DNA of 64,000 bases from Octopus vulgaris (taxonomy: Eukaryota): positions 23,188,001 through 23,252,000 of the forward strand of contig OX597827.1 of assembly GCA_951406725.2 (NCBI GenBank), in the 5' to 3' direction. The stretch's first letter is position 1. Each line of letters opens with the position of its first letter. The translations under genes and the position numbers were made by a program. Shown here piece after piece: positions 41,689 through 54,630 of this stretch. The notes below the pieces were generated by a model. That model did not search any database and was not told the DNA's origin. It saw only the letters and a program-made list of their open reading frames with translations.

Positions 41689-41709
41689 TATCTATCTATC
41701 TATCTATCA

Positions 41710-41789
<80 letters not shown>

Positions 41790-42197
41790 GTTCGTATGTC
41801 TGTCATGTATGCATGTATGTATGTATGTCTCTATCTATCTATCTATCTGTCTATCTATATTTACACGTACAATACACCATAACCACATGCATTAACAACA
41901 TCAACTTATGCACGACCACCACCACCATCTCCACCACCTTCATCACTTTCAACAACAACAACAACAACAACAGCACCATATGCCTCAATAAAGAAAGCAA
42001 AATGTCAACTTACCAGAGGAGATGGTGGCCAATGTAAACGTGACATGAAAGAACTTGTCTAAGACCGACATGAAGCAGGCATCTGCACAAGCGTCCAATC
42101 TACACTCACATAACGTCTTACCATTACTGTCACTAGATGGCGCCTTCTCAGGTTTTAATCCTGTCACACCAGGATTATCTGACATTAATCCAACACA

Positions 42198-42707
42198 TTC
42201 ACATACATACACAAACATACACACACATACATACATACATACATACATACGTTTGTACATGTATACATACATACATACATACATACATACATACATACTC
42301 ACACATACATACATACATACATACACACACACACATACATACATACATACGTTTGTACATGCATACATACATACATACACACACACACACAAACATACAT
42401 ACGTACATACATACACACACATACATACATACATACATACATACATACACACATACATACACACACATACATGCATACATACACACATACATACATACAT
42501 ACATACACACATACATACATACATACATACATACTTACACACATACATACATACATACATACACACACATACATACACACACACATACATACATAGATAT
42601 ATACATACATACATACATACATACATACATACATACATACATACATGCGGATGTATGTGTTAGTACGTACATTTGTACGAACATATAACAAATTCATACA
42701 TATATAC

Positions 42708-42741
<34 letters not shown>

Positions 42742-42769
42742 ATGCACACACACACACACACACACACAC
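42198..42769. repeat. (CATA)n/(CA)n compound microsatellite
   Basis: Directly visible. Similar arrays at 21442-21597 and 45570-45815. Confidence 0.95.
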
Positions 42770-43166
42770 CCCTTCTTATATTATGCACCAGTGTATAAGG
42801 GCTGATGGGAGTGATCTTGGCGGCGTCGGCGATGGGGTTACTGGTGGTTGTGATGGTGGTGATTGTGGAGATGATGGCAGTGGTGGTATGTGAGTGGTGG
42901 TGGTGGTGGTCATGCTGATTATGGTGATGATGGTGGTGGCAGTGGTAGTGGTGGTGGTGAGTCTGGAAAGGAAAGAAGGTTGTTCTTAGAGACCCTTACT
43001 TCTCTTATCTCCTTCTTTTCTCCCCCTCCTCTCCCTCCCCTGACCCTTCATGCTTTACTCCCTCCCCTCCTCCTCTCCCCCCCCCACCATTCTTCTTTTG
43101 TGTCACTCACCTCCTCTTGTTAAATCCACACATCTATTCTCATAAACACACGCACAATTAAGAGAG

Positions 43167-43220
<54 letters not shown>

Positions 43221-43363
43221 ACAGCCTTGTATTCCTCCCCTTTCCTCTTTCTTTTGTATTTCGGGGATGCTTGACCGGCTAGAAATAGCAACCAAATTTC
43301 TCTGAAATCACATCCTGCTATCTTACGAAAAAAAAAGAAAAATAGCATTAGATAAAGTAATTC

Positions 43364-43780
43364 GGATATTTTCGGTTTGACCGGCGGATTTTTAAAATAA
43401 TTTCCACCTAACTAAACACTTTTAAACTTCGTATACTGGTAGAATGTATTTATTAAACATCTTTTTCTTTTGGCTTTATTGAGAAAATTCTATGGTTTGT
43501 AAGATATTTGTTGTTCTTTTTCTTCAATTTCTGCAATTTCAACCAATCAATGACGTCTATTGGGGTGAAAAAATTATGTGCCGTATGAATATGTCCCTCG
43601 TTTAAGAAACAGATTGGGTTTATTTACATTTCTGAAGAAAAAAAAGATACCCTCCTCCCACCCCTAACCCTAACCCTAAAACATATTGAAATGCAATAGA
43701 TCGATACTAGGGTCATAATTATGGGTGACAATTTCATATGACATTGCTAGAAAAAACTGCCGTTCAAACCGAAAAGATCC
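43364..43780. mobile_element. GG-ended MITE with ~28-bp TIRs and internal CCCTAA repeats
   Basis: TIR GGAT(C/A)TTTTCGGTTTGA.CGGC; 8-bp TSD AGTAATTC (43356-43363 and 43781-43788). Confidence 0.88.
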
Positions 43781-45996
43781 AGTAATTCTAAATCCACTGA
43801 GCATAGGATAGAGATGGATGGGCATGACTGGAATGTCTTTGGCCATAAGTATACTTAATCATGGCTGCCATGATGCTAAACATAAAAACAACAGCAGCAG
43901 CAGCAATAGCACCACCACCACCACCACCACCACCGCTACCCTGAACAATAATACCTATTTCTTTACTACCCACAAGGGGCTAAACACGGAGAGGACAAAC
44001 AAAGACAGACAAACGGATTAAGTCGATTATATCGATCCCAGTGCGTAACTGGTACTTATTTAATCGACCCCGAAAGGATGAAAGGCAAAGTTGACCTCGG
44101 CGGAATTTGAAATAATAGCACCACCACATCGCCTGCTGTCTTTAGCAAGGCTAAATGACATATTGGGTGATGTTGCCCAAGATATACTTTGTCTGAAAGA
44201 TAAGATGCAATATCACTGAACACTTTTCACCGCAGTGCAGCCGAATAAGGTTTAATTTGGAATTAAATAACAACAACAACAGCAACAATATTAATAAACA
44301 TTGCAGCAAAAAACGCCTCAAAACTTCATAAAGGAGACTGAAACGAAATCACGTTGGGGATTTAAGAATAGAAATGATAATGCTTTCGTTACACAACTAC
44401 CACCATGTGAAACTCCATCACTAATACGGGATGATGATAATTAATTTTTTGTTTGTGTTTGGAACAATGAATCTCGAAACAAAAAACCAATAGATGATAA
44501 CATAAATACTGAGTCAAAATCCTCTTCGGGTAGAAAGGATCAAAGCTGTCCATGGGATATTAACCCGCATATCCTTTAAACATGATAGACGTTCTACCAT
44601 TGGACAAACGCCAGCAGTTTCGGAGGAAGCGGGGTCAGTCAATTATATCGACCCCAGTATTCAACTGGTACTTAATTTATCGACTCCGAAAAGATGAAAG
44701 ACAAAGTCGACCTTGGCGAAATTTGAACTCAGAACGTAAAGACGGGCGAAATACCTATTTCTTTACTACCCACAGAGAGGACAAACAAGGACAGACAAAC
44801 GGATTAAGTCGATTATATCGACTCCAGTGCGTAACTGGTACTTATTTAATCGACCCCGAAAGGATGAAAGGCAAAGTCGACCTCGGCGGAATTTGAACTC
44901 AGAATGTGGTGGCAGACGAAATGCCGTTAAACATTTCGCCTGGCGGGCTAACGATTCTAGCAGCTTGCCATTATTAATGGTGCCTAATTTAGACATAAGG
45001 TCAGCAATTTTGTGTGGGAAGAAATTAGTTGATCATATCGATTCCATTACGTGATTGATCATGCATTTTATCATCCTTGGACAGATAAAACATAAAGGTG
45101 ACTTGGGTGGTATGTGAACTTAGAACATAAAGATGTGGAACAAAGACAAAACATTTTGTCCAACGCTCTAACCATTCTGCTAATTCAAATAAACATAATT
45201 TATCAATGGACTTTGGTCAGAATTTCCGATCCTAAGTTTCTCATTTATTCAATCAACTGAACTGCCAGGCTCAATTAATTAGCATGTAAGTGGCTGAGTA
45301 CTCCACAGATACACGTCCACCCTTGACGTAATTGTTAGGTAGAATCAATATGACTCAAGTCTGACAAAGTTGGAGCTTTGAATTACGGGTTCAATCCATC
45401 GACAAGCTTCCATACAAATGCCATCCACGCGGATTCACCCACAAGTCGTGGGTCGACATGAGGCTAGGGGTAAAGGCATTTACCGAAGATGCCCCACGAT
45501 GAGGAAATTAAACCCCGGGGTTTGTGATTGGGGAGTTTCTTCATCATTTGGCCACATTGCAGCTACAATGCATACATACATACATACATACATACATACA
45601 TACATACATACATACATACATACATACATGCATGCATGCATACATACATGCATGCATGCGTACATATATACATGCATGCATACATACATACATACATGCA
45701 TAAATACATATATATTCATTCGTACTTATAAGTACGTGTGTGTATCTGTATGTATATACACGTGTATGCACACACATACACACACATACGCGCGCACATA
45801 CGCACACACGCACATATGAATATAAATAAGCAGAAGAAGGGTTACTCAATACTGGGAGTAGAGTATAAATAAATTTAATTTAATTTGGTGGAACCAAAAG
45901 TAACTGAAACCCTAGGTTTCACCACAGAGGAGGAATTTATTTATTTGTCCAAAGCTGCTGCTACTACTACTATTATCACTACTACTACTGCTGCTG

Positions 45997-46063
<67 letters not shown>

Positions 46064-47711
46064 AGTACCGCATACCATACTATTATCGTTACTGTATCAT
46101 ATATCACACCACTTCAGTACTGTACACCATACGTCTACTATATCCGCTACACTGCCACATGCCACAATACTACCACCACAACCACTACATCACACCACCA
46201 TCACTACACCCCACTGCCACTGTGCTTCCACCCCACTGCCACCATCCCACCACTGCACCGTCACCACTCATTACTAGAACTCCACATTCCCACCCATCCA
46301 ATACAAAGCCAACGTTAATATTTAATGAGGATCTAATTAATTGCTTCCAAAACATCAACATCAAAGATTTCAGTCATGAAAAGATGTAAACAAGCATCGA
46401 AGAGATATTGGAAATATTGGTTTCAGATTTTGGTACAAGACCAGCAATTCCATGGGAGGGGGCAAGTCGATTACATTGACCCCCAGGGCCTAACTGGCAC
46501 TTGTTTTATCGACCCTGAAAGGATGAAAAGCAAGGTCGAGCCTATCAGCATTTGAATTCAGAAGGTGGAAGAATTACCAGAACGTAAAGACAGACGAAAT
46601 ACCTATTTCTTTACTACCCACAAGGGGCTAAACATAGAGGGGACAAACAGGGACAGACAAAGGGATTAAGTCGATCACATTGACCCCAGTGCGTAACTAG
46701 TACTTAATTTATCGACCCCGAAAGTATGAAAGGCAAAGTCGACCTTGGCGGAATTTGAACTCAGAACGCAATGGCAGACGAAATACGGCTACACATTTCA
46801 CCCGGCTCGCTGCCTGAAGGTGGAAGAATTACTGCTAAGCATTTTGCCTGCTTCAGTAACGATTCTGCATGTTCACCATCTTAGTTATAGGAAATATAAG
46901 ATAATGAAGGTGGCGAGCTGGCAGAATGGTTAGCACGCCGGACGAAATGCTTAGCGGTGCCCCTACGTTCTGAGTTCAAATCTTGCCGAGATCGGCTTTG
47001 CCTTTCATCCTTTCGGGGTCGATTAATTAGGTACCAGTTACGCACTGAGATCGATGTAATCAACTGGTCCCCTCCCCCAGGATTTCAGACCTTATGCCTA
47101 TAGTAGAAAGGATTATAAATAATGATAATAATACTGTTGTTGCTGTTTCTGCTGCTGTTGTTGTTGTTGTTGTTTCACACCCAAGTCAGCTCTGATCCAG
47201 CAGGTCTTGGAAGTGCTCTCGGTTATGACAATGAACCCGACTACTTAGATGCCACCACCATCGCCACCACAACTGTCATACACACACCATTCAGACTGCT
47301 GATGCCACCACCATCAATACCTTTGACTTCGCCGCCTTTCCCTTCACCACCATCACCACTGTCTTTCACATCGCCATCCCTGACCGCCTCGGCTACCACC
47401 ACCACCACCACCATCACCGTCGCCTCCGCGTCTATCACAACTACAGTTCATACTATTACTATCACCCCATTACCATCACCACAGTCAATCTGCTACCGCC
47501 TCATCATCTTTATGCCTACTATTACTCTCACCCCAACATGAGGAATAGTAGAAGTGTTATTGAATAGTGAGAAAGAGGGTCAAAGTGTGACACACTGACA
47601 CACAGAAATTCGTTTTGGCATTTATTATTATATGTATGTATATATATGTATTATTATCCGAAGTGTACAATATTATATATCCATTATGGCCGAATAATAT
47701 ATACAGATATA

Positions 47712-48221
47712 CTGTAAATCCTCAAGTATAGTCCGCCCTTGAGTATAATACGCAGGGGATTTTTAGGGGGCTGTACCTCTGAAAAACTTAAACCTTGTGT
47801 ATAATACGCACCTCTTCTCTAACTTGAGTCAAGGAGGTCTATATAATGTCCTGGCTTTGTAAAACTGTATACGGTAACGTCCTTTATTATTATTGTATAT
47901 ATAACAACGCAAACGTGTAACATTTTTGTGCATTTTGTTTGTAGAAAATAAAGAAATAACAGTAACAACGTTTAATAAATGTTGCTTACTGCAAATTATG
48001 GATGATTCTTTTATGACTTCATTGCTTTCAGGCTTAGCTTAAGGTATTTTCATGCCCGACATCACAAAATGCGTCTGAATAAACATTGCTGGACAGCAAA
48101 TAGAGACTTGGACATTGCTTAGAAAATATTTTTCATTTTTAACCTCGTATATAGTACGCACCAATGATTTTGACCTTTAAATTTTGGGAAAAAAATACAG
48201 ATTATACTCGAGGATTCATGG
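47712..48221. mobile_element. Tc1/mariner-pogo-type MITE
   Basis: TA flanks; imperfect 22-bp TIR CTGTAAATCCTCAAGTATAGTC / GATTATACTCGAGGATTCATGG. Confidence 0.75.
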
Positions 48222-48342
48222 TATGAGTGCATTTTTCCCAAGACTTATGGCTTTAGACAACTTACATTATGTATGCATGTGTACCTATGTAGGTATATAT
48301 TCGTTATATATGTATGTGTACTTATTTTTATATACATATATT

Positions 48343-48968
48343 CAGGGTGCAGTGATAAACTGTCGTCTAAATTACGTAAAAATGAAAATAACACTGACAT
48401 CTCATTTTAAAAGATATATTTACCAAAATTACATAAAAATCTCTTGAAATACTAACGAATAAATTTATCTAATAAAATCGCCAGATGATTTTGGAATCTC
48501 CTGCGATTCTTCTGGATAGTCTCCTTTGTTTAAGTTGGTGAATGCTACCATAATCCTTGCCTTCAGTTTATCTTTGGTGTTACAAGGAGTTCTGTTGGTC
48601 TCTTGCCCAACTGCACCCCACACATAATAATCAAAGAGGTTGCAGTCTGGGGGAGTTAGGTGACCAGATGTTTGGGGTGATGTGGTCGCAGAAATGACTG
48701 GGTCCTCCTGCTTGTGTGGCATGGTGCAGAGTCCTGTTGCCAGATATAGGGTCTTCCAGCAGCCAGCCTCTTGACCCAGAGCAGAACTACCTCCCCCAGG
48801 CACTTGCTGTAGGCCTCCATGTTGAGTGTGAGGCTGTGTGGGAAGATGAATGGAGGCATAACATCGCCATCACTAGTGATCACTCCAAACACCATGATGA
48901 TGACTGGATGTTTGATTTTTATTACTCTCGGTACATTTCCTCAGATTGACACCCAAACACTCTGAAAT
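48343..48968 (-). mobile_element. Internally deleted maT-like (DD37D) relic, same family as 17256-17948
   Basis: MVFGVITSDGDVMPPFIFP, WQQDSAPCH and DYYVWG motifs; terminal CAGGGTGC repeat. Confidence 0.78.
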
Positions 48969-48976
48969 GTGTGTGC

Positions 48977-49024
<48 letters not shown>

Positions 49025-49362
49025 ACCGACCAGACCATCAGATGTAGTTACACATCGCTGGTCACAATGCGTTCGCATTGTTTTAGCCTTCGAATGACGC
49101 CACCCCGCTGGCTAAGCGAGCAGGCCAATATATATATATATATACACATACACATGTACGTCTTTATCCTTTATCTTTTACTTGTTTCAGTCATTAGACT
49201 GCGACCATGCTGGGGCACCACCTTGAAGAATTTTTAATTGACGGAATCGACCAGAGGACTTTATTTCTTTTTAAGCCGAGTACTTATTGTAAAGGTTTGT
49301 TTTGCCGAACCGCTTGGTTACGGGGAAGTAAATACATCAACAGCGGTTGTTAAGCGGTGGGA

Positions 49363-49424
<62 letters not shown>

Positions 49425-49753
49425 GAGCTTCTTTCAGTTTCCGTCCACCAAATCCACTCGGAAGACTTTAGTCGGCCCGAGGCTATAGTAGAAGATATTT
49501 GCATCATGCAGTGGGACTGAACCCGGAACCAAGTGGTTGGCAAGCAAGCTTCTAACATATTAGTTTCAGAATTTTGGCAATTTCGAGGGATAGGGTTAGT
49601 CAACTGAATCGACTCCAGTGCTCAACTGGTGCTTATTTTATCGATTTCGGAAAGGATGAACGGCAAAGTCGACCTTGGTGGAACTTGGAAGTTTCTTACA
49701 CATTGAAACGAGTTTTGAGTTTGTAATTACTTTATAAAAAGTTTTTTTTTTTC

Positions 49754-50172
49754 ATCTTTTCGGTTTGAACGGCAGTTTTTAACATAATTTCTAGGTAACT
49801 AAAAAATTTTAAACTTCGTATACTGGTAGAATGTGTTTATAAAACATCTTTTTCTCTTGCCTTTATTGAGAAAATTCTATAGTTTGTAAGATATTTGTTG
49901 TTTTTTCTTCAATTTCTGCAATTTCAACCAATCAATGACGTCCATTGAGGTAGAGAACATTCTGTGCCGTATGAATATGTCCTTTGTTTAAGAAACAGAT
50001 TGGGTTTATTTACATTTCTGAAGAAAAAAAGATACCCTTCCCCTCACCCCTTACCCTAACCCTTACCCTAAAATAGATTGAAATGCAATAGATCGATACT
50101 AGGGTCATAATTATGGGTGACAATTTCATATGACACCGCTAGAAAAAACTGCCGTTCAAACCGAAAAGATCC
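49754..50172. mobile_element. Same CCCTAA-bearing MITE, copy 3, ending ~280 bp upstream of the SMU1 ATG
   Basis: TIRs and body match; flanked by G(T)nC on both sides. Confidence 0.85.
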
Positions 50173-50449
50173 GTTTTTTTCATTTTTTTCGATACTTGAA
50201 TAATTGCTAAAAAAAATTCGTTGTTCTTCTATTAAAGAGAAATCCATTATAAAGATATATTCACTTATTCCGGATATCCAAGTCTATTTTTGTATTTTCT
50301 CGGATTGTTTTGATTTCATTATCAAAAAGGTTCTCATTATACATAAAACAGACAGAAGGGACAAAGAAACAGCGAGACAGAGAGCTATTTCGTTCCGCAA
50401 GTCCACGTTTTGCCGGTAACCATTCTTGTTTTTATATTTCTTCACATCT

Positions 50450-50460
50450 CAAGATGGCGG
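50450..50460 (+). promoter_or_regulatory. YY1/TISU-like motif overlapping the SMU1 start codon
   Basis: CAAGATGGCGG(T) matches the SAASATGGCGGC consensus at 11 of 12 positions. Confidence 0.45.
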
Positions 50461-50479
50461 TAGAAATCGAGTCAGCCGA
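50454..50479 (+). CDS. SMU1: SMU1 (WD40 repeat spliceosomal B-complex protein), coding exon 1
   Basis: ATG GCG GTA GAA ATC GAG TCA GCC GA followed by a GTAAGT donor. Gives MAVEIESA(D), matching the SMU1 N-terminus (MSIEIESSD type). Phase 2 joins exon 2 in frame. Confidence 0.93.
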
Positions 50480-52329
50480 GTAAGTCCACCTCTTTAAACA
50501 TTCTCTTTTATCTTTTCTTTCATTGTCTTCTAATGTTTTACTTCTTCTATATCGCTCTTCTTCTCTTTACCCTTATCCACCGACTATTTTACCAACCGAC
50601 ACACTGTTTCCTATTGAGAATTTTCATTTTCATTTAATTACTTCAATTTAACAGTCACGTCATGTTTTTTCCTCTTTCTAAATAAATCTTCCACATTCCT
50701 CACCTTTCCTCCCTCTCCTGATCCAACCCTCACCATTTCTACCCCATCACCTCACATCTTCCTCAGTTCTCATCCTTATTTCCTTGTCTGTGATAACTAT
50801 TGTTGTTTATTATCATTTCATTTCCGACTTCATATATTCTACGTTCCTCCAGGGTCAATAGGTACCGATTCCTTTATTACCCCCAAGGGGCTAAATATAG
50901 AGGGGATAAACAAGGACAGACAAAGGGATTAAGTCGATTATATCGATCCCAGTGAAGCACTGGTACTTAATTTATCGACCCCGAAAGGATGAAAGGCAAA
51001 GTCGACCTCGGCGGAATTTGAACTCAGAACGTAAAGACAGACGAAATACTGCTCAGCATTTCGCCCGGCGTGCTAACAATTCTGCCAGCTCGCCGCTTTC
51101 AATAAGTACCAGTAATATACTGTGATCGACTTTTAGTACACAGGTACATAGTAACGAATGAACACAAGACTGCATTATTCAATGTGTCCTTCCTGTTTAT
51201 TTTTAAAGATGTGTTTAGGGGAGGAATTTGTTATTTGTAGCATTATTGTGATGAAGTCCCCTCCTTCGTTGACTGTCAACAATCAGAAGAATAACATAAG
51301 TTAATGGCGATAATTCTTTATCCTGGCACAAGGAGAGAGTGATAGAAAAGTCAATTAACCAAACACGAACAGCACATCACAAGCCCATCCGAGGATCATC
51401 GTTACTCGAGGCCACATAAACAATTTGTACATCACACAGAAGGAAGAATAAACAAGCAGGAGGAAAGGCCATGAACGATCTGTTCCATCACGAAACAGTG
51501 TGTGCTCTTCTTTACATTCCGGGTTCTAATCTTGCTGTGGTCAAATTAGTCTTTTATCATTCAGGGGTTCGATAGCATAAAATTACAGTCAGATTATTGG
51601 GGTCTATATAGAAGAATTGTTTCCATCCACCCTTTCCAACATTTCATTATGTCGGGCCCATTTCGCTAGAAGTTTTAATAGGTACATCAATACTAAAACT
51701 GGTTGATTTGTGAACTTGTATTCATGGATCGGTAAAAGAAAAAAAGTTTGAAAAAAGATGAAAAGTTTTGATAATTCTTTCTTACATGGAAAAAAAAAAG
51801 TGTCCAAGGTGAATGTAAGAGATGTTTGTTGAGAAATAAACATGGTAGTTGACCACCACTATAACAGTTGATGATGATGAGAGGAGCATCTTAGCTTTTA
51901 TCTTCTACTTGTTTCAGTCATTAGAATGTGGCTGTGCTGGGGCACTGTCTTGAGGAACTGTAGTCAAAAGAATCGATGCCAGTTCTTATTTTTTTAAAGC
52001 ATGGTACTTATTCTATTGATCTCTTTAGCCAAACCGTTAAGTTATAGGAACATAAACAGATCAGAAAAATTTCATGAGGTGAATGTTGGACATCAGTTTG
52101 GAGATGACCATATCAAACAGGACCTGAAAAAAACCTTGAAAATTCCTTACTTCCTCATGCTCCCAAACTGTGTGCAACTGAAGTGTTATGTATAATGTGG
52201 CATAAAACATCTAATAGCTTTCTGCATACAGAAATGTTAAGATCTGCCTTCCTTCCAACTCCACAGTCAAAACAAAAACGACAGTTTTTCAACTGTCTTT
52301 GCAAATATGGAACGGATTTCCCTGATGCG

Positions 52330-52530
52330 CTAATGCAAATGGAGCAACCACAGTGGGTCATCAAAGTCAAATCTTGGGGAGAGTATTTGTTAGGCCATCA
52401 GACTGGAATAGTGTATGATGTCCACTGTTCAAACTGGTCAGTTACACAACCCACAAATTTGTGATCTGCTTGGTTCAGTTAGGATCCATAGAGAAGGATC
52501 TGGTTATTGGAAGTTGAATGTTTTGTTAAT
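52330..52530 (+). mobile_element. Highly degenerate L1/Tx1 endonuclease fragment
   Basis: RVFVR, VSYT(T)HKFV and GSGYWKLN occur in the expected order across frames. Confidence 0.4.
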
Positions 52531-53405
52531 GCTGTACCAAGGAGCAGAATTATTTGTGTTGGACAAAATACATTGCAATATTTATTTTACTTCTCTATGT
52601 TGTGAGTTCAAAGCCAGCCAAGGCCAGCTTTACCTTTCATTCAATCTGGGTTGATATAATAAAGTACAAGCTAAGCACTGGAGTTGATTGTATTGATTAA
52701 ACCCTCCCGTCAAAAATTGCTATCCTTGTGCCTAAATTCGAAGCATTATTATTATTATTATTGAGTTAAATGGTAGCACATGCCATCAACATGACACTGG
52801 GGTACAAATATATGAAACCCAATATACAATGACTACCTGTCTGATAAGGGTACACCAGGCATATGCATCACATCCATATGTGTATGACATGGTGATTTAA
52901 TATCAAGATAAACAGCGCATGACTTTGCAGGTAGGGCTCTGTTTGAATTTTCTTCAGGTTGAGTAGCCTATCCCATTCAAAAGGTCCCTGAATAAGAGTT
53001 GTTTAAAATGATGAACTCGTGTTTCCAGGAGTGAATTATTCAAACCCCAAAGAATTCCTCTCAACACTGACTATGATGCGCCCCCACTACTTCTGCTCAT
53101 GATCAGAGATGCACAGATTGTCAACCACTGAGAGACATGCTCAACTGGTTATGCTCAAGCAACCGACAAGCAAATCTGTGGTATCAAGCAGAATATTTGC
53201 TGTAGCACATCTTTTATACCAAGACAAAACATGTACATGATAACACTTCCAATCAGTTAAGATGAGAAGTCATGAGAACCAGTGCCTGGTGCTGCACCAA
53301 GACATTTATTATTATTATTATTGTATCAATATTGCTTTCCATCCTATTGGAGTTGATAGAATATAATACCAGACCAATGAGGAGTTGGTTTAATTGACTG
53401 ACCTC

Positions 53406-53451
53406 TTTCAGTGTTGTGAGACTTATTGAACAGTATCTGAAGGAGAACAAT
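53406..53451 (+). other. Exact duplicate of the SMU1 exon 2 acceptor plus its first 40 nt, inside intron 1
   Basis: 46 nt identical to 54558-54603. Read in frame from exon 1, it reaches TGA at 53515-53517. Confidence 0.9.
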
Positions 53452-54563
53452 CTGGCCTTGTGTTTTATCTTAAGAATCATCATCATCATGAATCACACCA
53501 GAGCACTGAATGACTGAAATAACAGAACATTAGCCTCAGCGCCTTGTATTATTTAAAATAGTAAAATGAACTGAGGGAAATAACTCAAATAGGCCAATGG
53601 CATGAATCTTGATAAGGAACGTAGTGAATGTTATATGTAAAGATGTATTAATTGTTGGAAGTTCTCAGTTTCGGAGAGAAAACAAAGATCTCATGGCCTG
53701 CAGAGAACAGGGGGAAATAATTGTATCAGTTATGTCCCATTATGTTCTGAGTTCAATTTCCATGAAGGTCGACTGAGCTTTTCACTTTTCTAGGATTGTT
53801 ACAAGTTGCAGTCTAGTCCTGGGGAGGACAACCAAATCATTTAAAACCTTGTTGTTCTTGAATATGTGATGCTGATCCTATTTAAGGAATCATTTCAGGT
53901 AGTAGAGTCTCTGACTAAATTCCTTGAGCTGTTTATATGTGTCCCCATTTTATTCTGAGTTCAAATTAGGCAAAGGTTTACTTTTTCACTGGGAAGAGGT
54001 TCATTGGGTTACTCCCCTGCAAACTTTTGTTCCTGTGTTAATCACAGAAACTACTATTATCATAAACATTTTCAGATAGCTTTGTTTTCCTTTTTGGGAT
54101 GGTTGTAGGGTCTTGATGTAGGTTGCTGACCACCTGGGTGTGAGTTCTGGCCAATTTTCTGCAGCCACTGTTTTCGTACCAGCCACTAAAAGTCATTTTG
54201 CTCCAGTTTTTCTAGCTGACAAAAACCTGGTCCCGTTCAGTTGTTACTTCAGTTATAAAACCACTTACCACAGACAAATCTACCAGAGAAAACTATATGT
54301 ACCAGACAAATGGTACAATCTCTTATGAAGGTGAGCTGGTCACTCAGGGTGTGAGGTGAACTGGTTTTAATTATAGCAGTTTGACAGTGTTTGATATTAG
54401 GATTGTGGTACATGGAGAATGGTGGTGGGTGGGATGTGTTGGAACTGTATTTTAGAACCTTTGTTGAGGTAGGGATGGTGATGGTGATGATGAGAATGTA
54501 ATCTTGGTATTGTTGTGGGAATTGTAATGATGTTGATGATGATTTTTTTTTTAATGATTTCAG

Positions 54564-54630
54564 TGTTGTGAGACTTATTGAACAGTATCTGAAGGAGAAC
54601 AATTTGTTGAGGACATTAACGGTATTACAG
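54564..54630 (+). CDS. SMU1: SMU1 coding exon 2 (LisH region)
   Basis: TTTCAG acceptor and CAG|GTAAGT donor. Translates (D)VVRLIEQYLKENNLLRTLTVLQ; 26+67 nt = 31 codons. Confidence 0.95.

Noticed and set aside
41985-42769. Long ORFs of VCMY/HTYI type (also at 6500-7250, 21290-21680, 39780-41170 and 45418-45850)
   Set aside because: Translations of microsatellites; they stay open only because the repeats lack stop codons.
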